DNA of 64,000 nucleotides from Sporopachydermia quercuum (lineage: Eukaryota), in NCBI GenBank assembly GCA_001599295.1, contig BCGN01000003.1, positions 1,922,001-1,986,000 of the forward strand, read 5' to 3'. Numbering within the stretch: the first letter of the stretch is position 1; each line of letters opens with the position of its first letter. Shown here one piece after another: positions 36,317 through 49,760 of this stretch. The notes beneath the pieces are model-generated. The model made no database searches. It saw nothing but the letters and a program-made list of their open reading frames with translations, and was not told where the DNA came from. Position numbers and translations under genes: made by a program.

Positions 36317-39300
36317 GTATTAAGCTGAGGTGATGAGGTTATGAGTTGTGTGTGCGGAGTGAAATTCTGGTTGAAGTTCTGTGTGAATGAATAAATTCTG
36401 TGCTGCCGAGATGTGATGAGCTGTTTGTTAGTTACCATATCATACTGAAAACAGTGGGCACTGTGTTGTGTGTTGTTTGCTTTCCTGGCGGCTATTTATT
36501 TCCTAGAGCAGCTCTTCTCGCTAGCTGTAATGGTTAAGGGTAGTAAAATGTTTGTTGGTCTGCTTGAACTGAATTATCGCCAATTATGCGCTGTTTGTTG
36601 TAGGTGTCCAAATTCTCCTAATTCCCAGATTTTCCTGTTTTCATTACAGTGCTAATTGCTCTGTTCACTTCCAGTAATTCAATAATTGGGCGTTAAATTG
36701 TAACTTTGCCGGTAACAGTGATTTCTTGCCCGATTCCCCGTATTCTGGACCCTTCTGAAAATCCCTTTTGTCGTGGTTTTATTCAATTGAAGGTCTAACT
36801 GTTTGGCTGTTTAAACCTGTGAGTTAGATGTTTCTGAGAGAGTTATTGCTATTGTGTATTATAACAAATTGCCATGAAATGTCAAAGGAAGAAAAGACGT
36901 ATTCTTTTATTCCTTTTCTTAGTTTTTCCGGTGTTGATGAATGATACTTTTCTTTTATTTGTTTCGAGAAGGATTGGTTCTTTCAAAACTGTTATCCTTT
37001 GATATGAATCTTACAAGTGGTTGTAATTCAATGCCAGATATTCAATGGCGTCAATACTGGATATTCAATGCTCGTCAATGCTTGGACCTAATAATACACT
37101 AATTGTCGTCCGTTGATAGGTCTTGATAACAGAAAAAAGGTCGAAATAACAACGTTTATCGTTTCTTATAGCTGTTGATTCCTTTACTTTCGCTGTTTGG
37201 TTTTGATTTCAGTCTCTATTTGATTGATCCTAAATGCTTACTATCAATCGCTTGCTATTGCTTGGATTGCACTACGAATAGTCTGATTTCGAAATGAGCG
37301 GAAGAGCAGCGTAAATACGTAATAAATCTGTTATAACAGAAGTAGTAAAATGTCTGATAAACAAGCTGGCTCCGTATTTTCTAAGGCCGCTGGGAAGTGG
37401 TTTGATAGGCTAAAAGAGAGGAAGTGTTTATAAATGTGGTTATTGAAATAAGTTGATGTGGGTTTGTTAATGAAATAAATAAAGTTAGAGTTGTAGAGCA
37501 TTAGTTTTGGGATTAACGTTAGAGTTAAGCACTCATAGGTGGATTATAAAATATAGTCTGACATGCATGAGAGAAATAAGCTCCAATCGTGATCTGTGAG
37601 TAAGCCTAGAAGAATTTTTCCGGATGAGATTGGAAATTGAAAATAGAAATATCTGCATTTGAAGAAGAATGGTTAAAGTAAACTGTAAAAAAAAGGAGTG
37701 TTATTGTAGTATTTTATTCAGNTATAATCAATGATTATTTTATCGCTACTTTTTACTATTCAGTGTCTCACGTTGACATTTGAATCATAGTAATAGAGTT
37801 TGTCAAACAAACTAAGATTTGTTCCATACTATATAAACTACTGTTTTCCATCCCAATTTGGAAGTTAAGATAGATTAGTTTTGCAAATCTGGAATTACAA
37901 GGCAGGACATAAATTTGTCCTAAGGGGTTCTGGATCAAACGCATTCAACTAATATATTAGTTGTTGACGTGAACACAATATTAACTCGGAGTCCCAACCA
38001 TTTGATGGGTTCCAGTCACTTTTCAAATGGTGGGCATGCAAAAATTCCATACCTGTTTACTTATTCTGCAATTAAAATAAAAAAATTATTTGATTCATCC
38101 GCAAATATCTCTCGGTGATTCAGCATAAGCTATTTAGGACAATGTGGAGTGATAGAAAATGTCTTTCGTAGTTAAAAGTTGAAAGGAGTTCGTGGTGTTG
38201 ACTCAATTAGGCTTTTTTCATGAGACTGCTGGGAAGGAAGTAAGACGAAGAATCTTGTCTTCCAGAAAGGACCATTAGTTGCCAAAAGTTGATAAAGCAT
38301 TCTAAGAGAATTAGTAGCAAATTATTGAATGTTGGCCTTCTGTCAGTGCTCACCTTTACTCAAGTTGGCAAAAGATCAATCAGTTGTGTGAGATAGGATG
38401 AACTGATAAGGTAATGCTATTATGTGATACAATCTAATCGGCAGCAAAACTATTTGTTCATTGATCCGAAGGAGATAGGTCAAAGAATGAATAGTTTTAA
38501 TATAGATCTTAATTTACAAGTAAACAAACACTAGCTGGTCATAAAAAATTAGTGTAGCAATAAGATGAGCAACTTGAGGTAGGAATTCCCAAATCCAAAC
38601 ACATCTACAACTATATAACCATATAGCTCTTGATCATTTCTTCAATATCATCTAATAGGTAAGCTCAACCCCCGTTTCTGGCGTTTTTTTATTAATTACA
38701 TTTTGACTACTGTTCACTTGTAAGTTTTTGAGGTGCATGTTTTTATATTTGATCTGATCATTGATAAGCCAGACCTAAGATCAGATCTGCACATAACTAT
38801 TTCCACCAAACATAAATTTTATTCAAAATTTGAATTTGGAATCTCAAGCTCTCATATTCTATAGAACTAAAGTAATGAATATATATTAATATAGTTGATC
38901 TTCCTTCTATGTCTTTAAATAAGTAAAAACATGATAATCTCATTACCCTTATGCGAATCATCATAAGTACCATATCTCGCCTAAAGTAAACATTTACGTA
39001 AAATGAAACATAGTCACCATGAGATATGAGACAAGGGATGGATAGTTTAAATAATCTGCAAACTCTATTACCTCATTGTTACCAAAGCACATGAAAATGG
39101 GGGAATTGATTACATTTGGGAATTCTCTGATTGGCTGAATCAGGTTATCTACTGAGTTGTTCTCAATCATTGTGTGAATAGCGCAAACTAGAACTATTAC
39201 TCTAATCCATTTAAAGTTAAATTTGTCATGAACCTTAACAATATTTTATTTCCGTCCGATTGATATCAGACATTCAGATATTTGTCATTCCTTCATCTGT

Positions 39301-39948
39301 AATTGCTTTCAAAACTTTCCATTTACTATGTTTATTGCTTCTACCAGTTATAAGACTTTCTTATTATACGAGATTGTTGATCGTTGGACTTCTTTAAATA
39401 AATTTAGTAATGAAAGTGATCCTATTATAGTTAGATTTTACTATTCCATTAGAAATCAACTCTACCTACTATAGGGAAGTACCCTGGACTATGAAGAAGG
39501 AAGAGAAAAGAGAATGATTTGATTTGATGTTCTTCACATCGTAGTAAGTGAAGTGCAATGAAAGATTATGTTGAAGGAAATAACTCTATAGGAAGATATT
39601 AACAACTAGGAGTATATTCATGGCTTTCAATGCAATTAATGTAGTCATAATTGTAGACATTGGAAAGAGTCCATAATATAAAAATAAGTAATGTAGCGAG
39701 ATTGCTTAAAATGGATATATAAGCTTACTTCACGTAACTACATTGCTTTTATCACTTATTAAAGAGTTTCATTTTCATTACCAGACAGACTCTACCTTTC
39801 AGATCCTTTTCTTTCTCAAAGGCCTAAATATACCATCTAAAGTCTCTCTCTTCATAACTTTATAATAGTTTATTGAGGCCATCTACAGTTTATCCATTGA
39901 TTATTTCAATTAGTTTACTCATCTTTCATGAAACTAATACACTTTTTC

Positions 39949-40660
39949 TTATTTGAAGAACATATCATAGTCAGTAGGAACAAATCTATACTAGATATCT
40001 CCTTTCTGTATACGCTGCCAGGATTGGGCGATATGCTCCTCACTGATATCAATAGTCTCAATCCAAAGCTTGGTGTTACGTTCTGATGTTAATTTAAGCA
40101 TGCGTTCAATGTCCTTAGGTGGGCCAATGGCAGAGCCACCAATTTTATAGTTACTCATGAGTTAGGAAATTGGTGCAAACTTCACTGTTTCTCCAGAAGT
40201 ATTGACGATAAGGTCGAAAGAGTCAGCATATTTCTCTTTGTAATGTTCCTTATAGGAACAATATAATGATCAACTCCCATCTTCAAAGCAACTTCCTTTT
40301 TTAGATTGCTTCTGGAAATAACCGTGACTTTGGCTCCTAAAATCTTGGGAAATAAGATAGCCATATGTTCAGTACCACAGATACCGGAAATACCTACTTT
40401 GCTGCTTTACCAATTTTTGCTTGGAATTGAGGCAACAATGCAATGAGACCACTACATAACAGAGGAGCAACATCAACAGAGCTAAGACTATGAGGAAACT
40501 TGAAGGTGAATTCGTTGCTGACTCTAACGTGAGAAGCATTCCCACCTTGGGTGTTGGATCCTGACGGATATTGACTGAAGATTTTTTGCCAACCATTTTC
40601 TTTCAACTGTTTTGATGATCATCATGGCATCTTTGGCATCTATGACAACAGTCATGCGCC
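39949..40660 (-). pseudogene. Decayed NADP-dependent medium-chain alcohol dehydrogenase (ADH6/ADH7-like), 5'-truncated
   Basis: Fragments in shifting frames: CCHRCQRC zinc loop, TQGGNASHVRV, VAPLLCSG, LGAKVTVISRS.LKKEVALKMGVDHYI, GSAIGPPKDIERML, KGDI*YRFV; internal stops and frameshifts; no N-terminal GHE region seen. Confidence 0.85.
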
Positions 40661-43461
40661 AGAGACAGTAGATACATCGGAACTGCAGATACCACAACAC
40701 TCAAATTTAATATCTATACCTTCTCTCCTTTATCCTTTTATACTTAAAAACCTTTGGGTTTCAACCACTCATCGAGATCCTGGGCACCAAGTGCTATAAG
40801 TTCATCAACCATTGTGAATATCTGTTTACGTAATGTAATACTTTGTCAAGTGCTACTGTTGATCAATCGTCAATTGCAGTTGTATGTAGTTCCTGCCAAC
40901 ATAAGCGCTTTGCGAGAATTTACTGAAATTACTGTACAACTCAAAAAATAACTAATTCAGAAAATTTTATCAACGGCAATAGGAGAAAACTGTTTCTTAC
41001 ATAGTTGAGATACGAATTCATTGTCTATTCTTTCTCTTCCCATGATGGAACCCCAATCTCAATTACCTTGAGTTATCAGGTTTTCTGTAGTTTATAAATA
41101 CTATATGAGTTTCCGTTGGGTTGCAGGAATAAATGTTAAAACTCATTCTATTTTCTCTGGTGGATTTCCGTAGTTTTATCATATCCTTGAATACGAAATG
41201 AAAGAATGAACTGAGATGAAGTGGCTAGTATTAAAGTTGAGTTGAGTTCTAAGACATCGGGTATTCTATTTAAGTTAGAATTTTCAATCCATCAACCTTA
41301 TTTGTGAACTTTAATAGGTGAAAATTGATTAGCCGCTTCTCTTGCGACAAAAAAAAACTGAAGATTGAAGTGTTCAATCTCAAGATATTTATTAATGACG
41401 TGTTTATTTCTCATTGTTGATGATTTCAGTAGAACTTAGAGTGGAACGCTTCTCAGTAAGGAGAGCGAAAACGGAGGTTTGATGATTTTTCTTACTGAAG
41501 AAGTTGGAGTTCAGGCGACAAAAGCAGAGGCTATGAAATTCTGTGGTCGCAATAGCTCTTGCTTTGCTAGTAATTCTGAGTAATATAAAACATTTTATCG
41601 TAGATCTCTTTGAAAATAAACTACTCCTATAGTTAGCTATTAGAAATTGAAATCTTAATGAATTTATCAAAGAGTTTTATTGAGGCATATCTGGAATTGT
41701 TGGTTAGCTAAAGGAGAGACAACGAGTAAACTTTTATACTANCTGAACTTCAAAACTTTTAAGGTTTAGGATAGAGTGTGAATATGTTGGTTGACAAACT
41801 TAAAAGTGACAGAGCTTCAGATGTATTCCTGAACTGTGAGAGCTCCCTGAAAATAAGTAATAACTGAATAGCTAAATACAAGGGAGAAAAACAGTGTTTT
41901 GACTTATGAGATATTCTCTAGTTCAACAGTCTGCATAGAAAAAAAGAAAAGAAAAACTCCTGAAGCTCTCTCAACCAGATCTTCCTAAGACATTGTCTTC
42001 CTATGAACACTGGAACCGGGATTAATCTCAAATTAAGCTACCGAGAGTCAAATGAGATGGAGGAGACGTGCAATGACGCATGGAATCAATTGCGTTCCGA
42101 GTCTCTTTCGTAGTAGCTTCTTTCGTAGTAACTTCTTCCGACGCTTTGTTACTCCATCGAATAGAAAAGTATATATCATCAGCAAGACAGAAAGGCTGAT
42201 TGTCAATAATAATAGTAAATAATAATAGGGTTGATTCTTGAACCAACTTCTTCAACAACTGCCACACAATAACTATTGAGCTTGNGGTCCTAGTCAACAT
42301 TACTGCCCGGTGAAGTTATCATATTGACTATTACATTATAATATTTATANTCTTAAGAATCAGATTTATTTAACCTAGAGCAATTCTTAGCTTTATATAG
42401 ATTTACTAGGATATAATATAANGCAGATTAGGTAGAAAACACTTCTGCTGACTCTGTCTTTTTTTATGATAAAGCCTCTTGGACTTTAAAACCCTTGTTA
42501 TCTCCTATTTGAATACCGTTAAATCATTGAATCTTCCACTGAAGCATTCTTTTTCTTTTTCTTTCTCTAAAACACCATTTTGGGAATTTACTAGTAGTTG
42601 AGTAGTTGAGCCAGGTCTGAGTATTTTCTCAATTCTCCTTCGCTTTCCTTGGTTGTCCTAACGCACCAACCTGATAACCTGCCACTTCAATGAATTACTA
42701 AAGTTATAGAAACGATACTCAGCCTTCTGTTCATATTCATATTGATGAGATCCACGNTTCTATTCCATTGTTTCTATAAATACCTATAATTCAAATAGAG
42801 CCTGANTTCAGATTAAAACTGGAAATTAAGCGCATGTCGTACTGAAATCTGATTCACTTTCACAATACGTTGGAAAAGCACTCTATAATTTCTTGTGAGC
42901 TTCCTCACCAGATATAGACTACTAGATAGTCGGAGCCATTACATGCTATGTTGTTCACCTAGAAGCAGAACCAGACTAGAGTATCAAAATCCTTTTATAG
43001 GAAGAATGTTTGATCTCAAGTGGATTCGTTATCAAAGGTGAACTAAAAGAAAGCAATATTAACGTAAAGCACCAACTGCTGGCAATGATAGGAATAAGTA
43101 GTATAATTCCACTTAGTCAGCAATCGGTCTCCCAACTTCTTGTTGTTATAATAAATAAATGCAANAATAGTAGCAATAGCTATGATAATAGTGGGAGTTG
43201 ACGTTCAGATAGTTAGATTAGCTTCTAGTAAGCTACTACTACACACATTACAATCTTATTTTCTTTTTAGTAAAGGAGATGTAACGCGCTATAACACCTT
43301 GAAATCAACAATAGTCGGAAACATCTTCAGTATCAGTATTGTAACTTCAAATCAAATAGGAGTTAATCCCACATGCTACTTGATTTCTCGATACAGCAAG
43401 CATTTGGTAAGTCATCTACAAACTTTGGTGCTTTTAATAAAACTCTGCTACTAGGAGTAGT

Positions 43462-43462
<1 letters not shown>

Positions 43463-43519
<57 letters not shown>
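43463..43519. repeat. (AGT)19 microsatellite just downstream of the WSS1 stop
   Basis: 57 nt of perfect trinucleotide repeat. Confidence 0.95.
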
Positions 43520-43534
43520 CAAAAGGTAGATTAA

Positions 43535-45626
43535 CTATGTAAGATCAATGATTTTATTGGTATTACCGTTAGCCGTATTTTTGTTGCTATTGCCAGAAAT
43601 GCTGACATTTCTTATCTTTGAATGCCTTATCTTGTAATCTTCTTCATCGTCACTGATAATTATGACACTGTTGTTGCTATTGCTATCATTTACCATACTC
43701 CTGTTGGTAAGTCTATCAACATTCTTCTGTTCATGCTTATTGGAACTGCTATCATGCTTATTCCTATTGCTCGGTTTACTCCCACTCCTATTTCTATTGA
43801 TATTGATATTGATATTGACATTGACATTGGCATTGCTATTGCCATTGTTATTGACGCCTGTACCATCGTTGTTCCTATTACTGTCATTGCTATTAGGCTT
43901 GTTCTTACTGCTCCAACCACGATCTTCAATAGTTGCATCATCATAATTGTCATTATCATTATTTTGCTTCCTCTTTATCTTATCCTTTGCATCCTCCTTG
44001 GGATTTCTCTCGTCAACGATCAAATCATCTTCATTTCCATCTTCCAGCCCCAGTCGTTCGTTATCAATGCCCATTTTAATTTCCTCGTTGTCGACACACC
44101 AAATTGAGTCCTTAAATCTTCTTTCTGCTGCTTCTCTTATCAGTTCTTTCAATGGTTTATCTCTATTCTTATTGCCGCTATTTTCACCATCTCCTCCTAG
44201 CTTAAAAGATCCTGANTGATANTTGATACTTCTTGCTTCAATTGACTTAATCATTCTCTCACGTAGATCGCTTATCGATATGTCATTCGTTCTTTTAAAC
44301 CTATTGATAGTGCTGTTGGATCCTAGGACATTCCCACTGGAAAACAAATCGTTACCAGGGAATCCAACGTTCGAAATGACAGCATTTTCGTATTCCTGTT
44401 TTAGATTATCAAGAAATGAATAAAACGATGCATTATGNGGTCCAATTTCTAGTTATATAGTTAGTATTAACTTGGAGAATTAATGGGATGACCGACCGAT
44501 GAATGCATGTAGATAATAGAAAGGCGCTGGAAATAAAGACAGTAAGCNATAAGGCATAAGAGAAAAGATGAAAACAAGTGTGAATGATACGACGATCGAC
44601 AGGACTGAAAGATACAGGCTGTGAGTGAATTGAACCGTCGTTTGAAATAACAGCATCAAAGAGAAAGAGATTCTTTGATCCTCTATAACATACTGTTATG
44701 AGTTAATCTGTTTGAACGTTAGTAACAATGGTAAAGGGAAGTGCTAGTACCTGTGATAATATTATGGCAATTGTATGCTGGTGATAATGATAATGGTTAT
44801 AATAAATAGAAATCCATTGACGTTTCTGACGTTTATTGCCAGCCCAGCTTTTCTGATGGTTGGCTTCGAAATGTCATAGTTTTTACAGTCGCTGTAGCTA
44901 TAATAAGGTGTAGCTGCTCTAAGACTGTTCAACGCTGTTCAACGCTGCTGAAGAGTTATAATCTTTTTGGTTGTTGCAAATATTCAAGCTATGACTATTC
45001 GTTTTTTTGCCATTGCAATTGTCATTGGAACTGGTATCAGAATCACCATGCTTAACAAATAGTGAAGCAAACTACTATAATCATCAGCCAAATCGCCATC
45101 AACTAAATCGTTTCATTGTATAGATCACATGTCATCTATCATGTATATTCAAGTCATACTCGGTCATACTCTTGTTTTCATATCATATCATTATTCATAT
45201 TATATCACTCTTGATATTTCTTAATACTTACTCGTGCAGCATAACACTCACGCAGTGTTCTAAATCATAAAACGAATTCTCATCAAAACTCTTCCTCAGC
45301 CGTAAACAAATCTTTCCTCCATGATTAACATTAAGTCCTAATAGATTAGCATTCTTAGGATAGAACTCACACAGGACCGTCACTTTGAAACCATGCTTTT
45401 TCATAATTGGTGATACTAGGTATCCTATTTTTAATAGCATGTATTGAGCTTCATCACGGTTTGGTTTTCTTTTCAACGCAGTTACTGTTTGGATGTAAGG
45501 TGATGAACTTGTAAGACTATTTATATAAGAAGATGAAAAGCCTGATGTTGAGGAGGAGGAAGAGTTTGAGAGGGAAGAGTTAGACGAGTTTGGTAGCTTT
45601 ACACGTTTANATCCTTTCACTACCAT
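43535..45626 (-). CDS. WSS1: WLM-domain metalloprotease Wss1, 3 exons: 45626-45232, 44707-44694 (14 nt), 44448-43535
   Basis: WLM motifs PIMKKHGFKV..LCEFYP...NLLGLNVNHGGKICLRLR; spliced HELTHNKIGPH zinc motif; FKLGG (SHP-like), LIREAAERR (VIM-like), SIM-like VIIISDDEED and terminal IIDLT. Phases of both introns consistent. Confidence 0.9.
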
Positions 45627-47265
45627 TTGGTTCAGTTTAGGAAAGAAGTGGGAACGCTGTTGTTCGTTTGGTAGATTTCGAACTTCTAAGTGCTTGGTGA
45701 NAGTAGATTCGATGACAGAAGAAGAAAGATTAGTAATAGAAGATAAGGAAAAGCGCAGTAAGAACGGAAACAAAAAAAAAGAAGGAAAAATAAAGTTTGT
45801 TTTTTAGTTGCTGGATTCGGTTTGTAAGTTAGGGTTTAATGTATATCTATGCAAGTTTATAAGTAATGTTATGAGTTCAGAGATGCGATGGAAAGTGGTA
45901 GAATGTATATCTTTGAAATATAAGGATTGATCGGATCAAAAAGCTGTAACCAACTGAGTTATATATTATTTCTACTGGAATGAACAGTTCTATTTAAACG
46001 CTGACACTTTTTGCTAGTGTAAATGAGGCAGTATTAGGGGAAGAAGCGAACACCTGCAGTTCCGGCACGTAAGTGCATGATAGTGCAGAACNTTGAACAA
46101 CCTTATTCTCAATATATTGCCTAAGAAGATACTCCATTCAACTCAACGATAATTGCAATGATCTTCAATGCAAAAGATTCGTTTCTGTTCTGCAATTATT
46201 CCAAAACTTCTCAAATAATTAATTCCATTAATGTGCCAAAAAGATCTTAAGCTAGAGGTACGATAAATCAAATCTTCCTCTTTTATCTTTGGACTTACAA
46301 TATTGAGTTTATATCAGCTTTTCAGTCTACATACTAGTGCATATACTTTAAAACCTTCGGGTAACGGTATGCAATAAAGTTCAAAACCTAGTACGAACTT
46401 TACTTGGATACTCTCTTCGAAAAAACCGTTCTAATCTGAGTGAAAATGAACAACTATCCCTTTTCTTCTCGCTTTTTCATTAATATCAAAAAGAATTTAA
46501 AAATCATAAGCTTCAAACTTTGCAATGGAATTGTTAAGCTTGGGTTTGAAGCCTGACTAATGTTATTCAACTCTTGAGCACAATTGGTTTCATGATTAGA
46601 CATGCTATCATAAAGCAGATCGAAAGACAATAAATCAATTGACTGGCTTTTAATATCAATGGTTGCTTTCTTTTCTTCTTTTATGCCTTTGTTATAACTT
46701 CTAATTGGGTTTTGAATTTTATATATGCTACTTCATATCATCATATCATTACCTTCTTTCATTGAATGTATCTGAACTGAANAAAGAGTAGCGCTTCATT
46801 AGATATACAATATTGTTATGCTCATTCTTTAGAAAATTTAATATTCATAATAGAATAACAGAAGTTGTCTGNTTTTGCTTACAACTAAAGCAGATTCTTT
46901 CTATTGGATGTTTCTNTCAGTTTATAGCATCTAGGTGTACTACTATGTTGACAGTATGCAACTATCTCTAATATTCTATCCCTGTATAAAGAATTTCAAC
47001 CTGCGGCCACNGTACTATATACGAACATATCAAAATTCTACTAAGTCCCAGATATTACTTTTATATATTCCTTAATTCTGGATTATCCGACACATTGTTC
47101 AGTTCCAAATAAAAGTNATTTGTAAAACAATAAACCTCTTCTCCCCAGTAATAATCTAAATACATAAACTACATTCTGTGATTTTTTTTTATATCAGATA
47201 TACAATTTATTGATCAACAAATAAAAATAAAAATAAAAATGAAAATAAGTGCTCCAGAGTCCTAT

Positions 47266-48738
47266 TTACACCTTCCCATCTACTGAACCCTTAACCTCCT
47301 CTACGCTACCTTCAGCACCACCAACTCTACCGTTACTCACACTTTCTCCTGATCCTTCGAAAAAAGAGATTCGGTTATAGCTGTCGCTAAATTCATCAAC
47401 AGTATCAGCTAGTTCAGCCAAATCCATTCCCATGTCTTCTTCATCTTCAGAGCATCTCATCTTACAGCCAGGAATCTTATCAATCAAGAAACATAAAGCG
47501 TAAGTAACAACAAAAGTCCAAGCAGTAATTGAAACAATAGCGGCAAGCTCATGGCCCATTTGAATCCAATTATGCCAAATCCAACCTCCTTTGATTTCAG
47601 TAACACCGTCCATACCTGCAATGTTAGGAGAAGCAAATACTGCTACGCATAGACCTCCAATAATACCACCAATACCGTGCAAGTTGAAGGAATAACTGAC
47701 ATCATCAATTCCAAGCCATTTGTTGCAATCATAAGTCAATCTGCAAACAGCAGCAGTAAATATAGCAGAAATAGCAGCTCCCCAAGTGGTAACAAAACCG
47801 CAAGAAGGTGTAATAGCAACTAAACCTGCAATAGCACCATCGCAAGCGGCGAACATTGACCATTTGCCTGTGATAAGTCTATCAATGACAGTGAAAGTGA
47901 AACAAGCAAAAGAGGCTGCAATATGAGTATTTGCCATAATATATCCAGTTCTAACATTGACTGATAACAGTGTACCTGAATTGAAGCATAGCCAAGCAAA
48001 CCAAATCAATGAAACACCAATCATGGTTGTCACAGGACTATGAGGTTTATATTTTGGCATTTTACCAGTTTCCTTCCACTCCTTTCTCTTACCTAAGAAC
48101 AAGGAGTATGCAAGGGAAGCAACACCACTGGCGATATGAACTGGTCCTCCACCAGCAAAATCCAAGGCTCCTAAAGTATATAACCAGCCGTTTCCATTCC
48201 AAGTCCAATAAGCAAATGGACAATAGCAAATAGTAGCCCAAGCAAAAACAAGCACCATAGAAGGTAAAACTCTACCTCTTTCACAGATAGCACCAGCAAA
48301 AATTTGGCAGGTAGCAACCGGGAAAAAGCAAGAGAATGTCCAATAGACAACTGCAGGAATAGATCCTCCTTCACCAAGAGGCTGTGTGCCCATATTCATC
48401 ATGGCTCCCATTCTAAAATTACCCAACATAACAGAAGCACTAGTATCGGAGCATGCAAGAGAGTAACCAAAAAGATACCATTGGATAGTGACAACAGCAG
48501 TTGTCATGTAAGATTGAAACATTACTGATAATGCTGATTTTCTCTTGATCATACCACCGTAGAACAAACCGATAGCAGGTGTAATAATGAAAACCGCGAC
48601 TGTACAGAACATAACGTAGCCGATATCAGCTGCGACAAAAGTTGAACTATCTTCAGCTAGAGTGTCTAAATTTCTGCTTGCTAATTCTTTTGCTCTGATC
48701 AGAGCTGCTGACCCGAGGCCAGAATTAGCGTAACCCAT
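47266..48738 (-). CDS. Ammonium transporter (Mep/Amt family)
   Basis: GLFYGG, GAICERGR, W..NGWL..LGALDFAGGGPVHIASG, WLCFNSG, GAIAGLVAITPSCG, LGIDDV....LHGIGG; 490 aa, highly hydrophobic. Confidence 0.95.
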   Translation of the reverse strand: MGYANSGLGSAALIRAKELASRNLDTLAEDSSTFVAADIGYVMFCTVAVFIITPAIGLFYGGMIKRKSALSVMFQSYMTTAVVTIQWYLFGYSLACSDTSASVMLGNFRMGAMMNMGTQPLGEGGSIPAVVYWTFSCFFPVATCQIFAGAICERGRVLPSMVLVFAWATICYCPFAYWTWNGNGWLYTLGALDFAGGGPVHIASGVASLAYSLFLGKRKEWKETGKMPKYKPHSPVTTMIGVSLIWFAWLCFNSGTLLSVNVRTGYIMANTHIAASFACFTFTVIDRLITGKWSMFAACDGAIAGLVAITPSCGFVTTWGAAISAIFTAAVCRLTYDCNKWLGIDDVSYSFNLHGIGGIIGGLCVAVFASPNIAGMDGVTEIKGGWIWHNWIQMGHELAAIVSITAWTFVVTYALCFLIDKIPGCKMRCSEDEEDMGMDLAELADTVDEFSDSYNRISFFEGSGESVSNGRVGGAEGSVEEVKGSVDGKV

Positions 48739-49159
48739 TGTTGGAAAGGAGGAAGGTGAGCTATTCTACTGTAAAGCGGTCTACTACGTGAAAAAATACT
48801 ACCTTCTTTAATTCTTTACTTCGGTTTTAAAGTAAGATTTTCTTAAGGATGTATATTACATAAAATGGGAATACTGACAGAATAGTAGTAAATTCGAAGT
48901 GGAAATCAAGATGTATTTATAATAAGAAGAATGATCATCAAACCATGTGTTTGGAAGATTTGAATATATTTGTACGTAAAGACCCTTTGCAAATGACTTG
49001 TACCCTTTTTTTGATTTTAACTTGCAGTATAATGAAAAATACAGGGATTTATTTCATGAGTGTCACTTAAGTACTTGATGTATATGACAACTGTTCAGTG
49101 ATGAAAAGCTTGAATCGGATATAATGGGTAGATTAGAAGCTCACATCCGTATAAGAAGA

Positions 49160-49760
49160 GATAGAAAGGATAAACCTTAATAAAGTTTAACAAATGTTGA
49201 GGAAGGAAAAATAGCTTATCTCAACAACTATTAACCTTAGTTTTATCTTCAACCTTCTGTAAGATCTGATAACACTCTCGGAGGTAAAAACGGCTATGAA
49301 ATACAATTTAAATGCCAAATTATATGCCAAAAAGAGCTAATCAGTTGTGATGCATCAATCAACATATAGTTAAAAAGGTATGGCTGCACGAGGATTGAGT
49401 AAGTATCCTGTCGAATCAATAGTTATCGGATGCTCCTCAGTAAGATATGCCCTACCATTTAATTTCCAATGCTTTCCTATGGTACTCATGTTAATTTCAG
49501 TAGCAGAATGATTATAGGGAAAACGTACATATTTTTTCAAACATATGATCAAGCTCATTTGATAACCAGTTTTTCTCGTTTAATTACTTCTTGGCTTCTC
49601 TTGTTTACTTCAATTCTCATTGAAACTTGATAAGAAGAGGAAAATAAAACGGTGAAAAATAAGGTTTGGGATATTTATTGCCTTAACCTGCGAAGAAATA
49701 CAGAGTTTCATAAATTAGTCAAACTTTAAGTTATCTATCTGTATATTTGAATTATCTGGT
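49160..49760. promoter_or_regulatory. GATAA/TTATC cluster upstream of the ammonium permease (putative nitrogen GATA-factor sites)
   Basis: About nine GATAA/TTATC occurrences in 600 nt, including CTTATC near 49215 and GATAAG near 49629. The AT-rich background weakens significance. Confidence 0.4.

Noticed and set aside
43622..44219. Hydrophobic antisense ORFs over WSS1 (and similar shadow ORFs over MCH, SFU1, GNAT, MEP genes)
   Set aside because: Antisense or alternate-frame shadows of real coding sequence, driven by low-complexity or GC-rich codons.
45037..45087. TGATGA...CTGA pair on the minus strand in WSS1 intron 1
   Set aside because: Only about 50 nt apart and no recognisable guide sequence.
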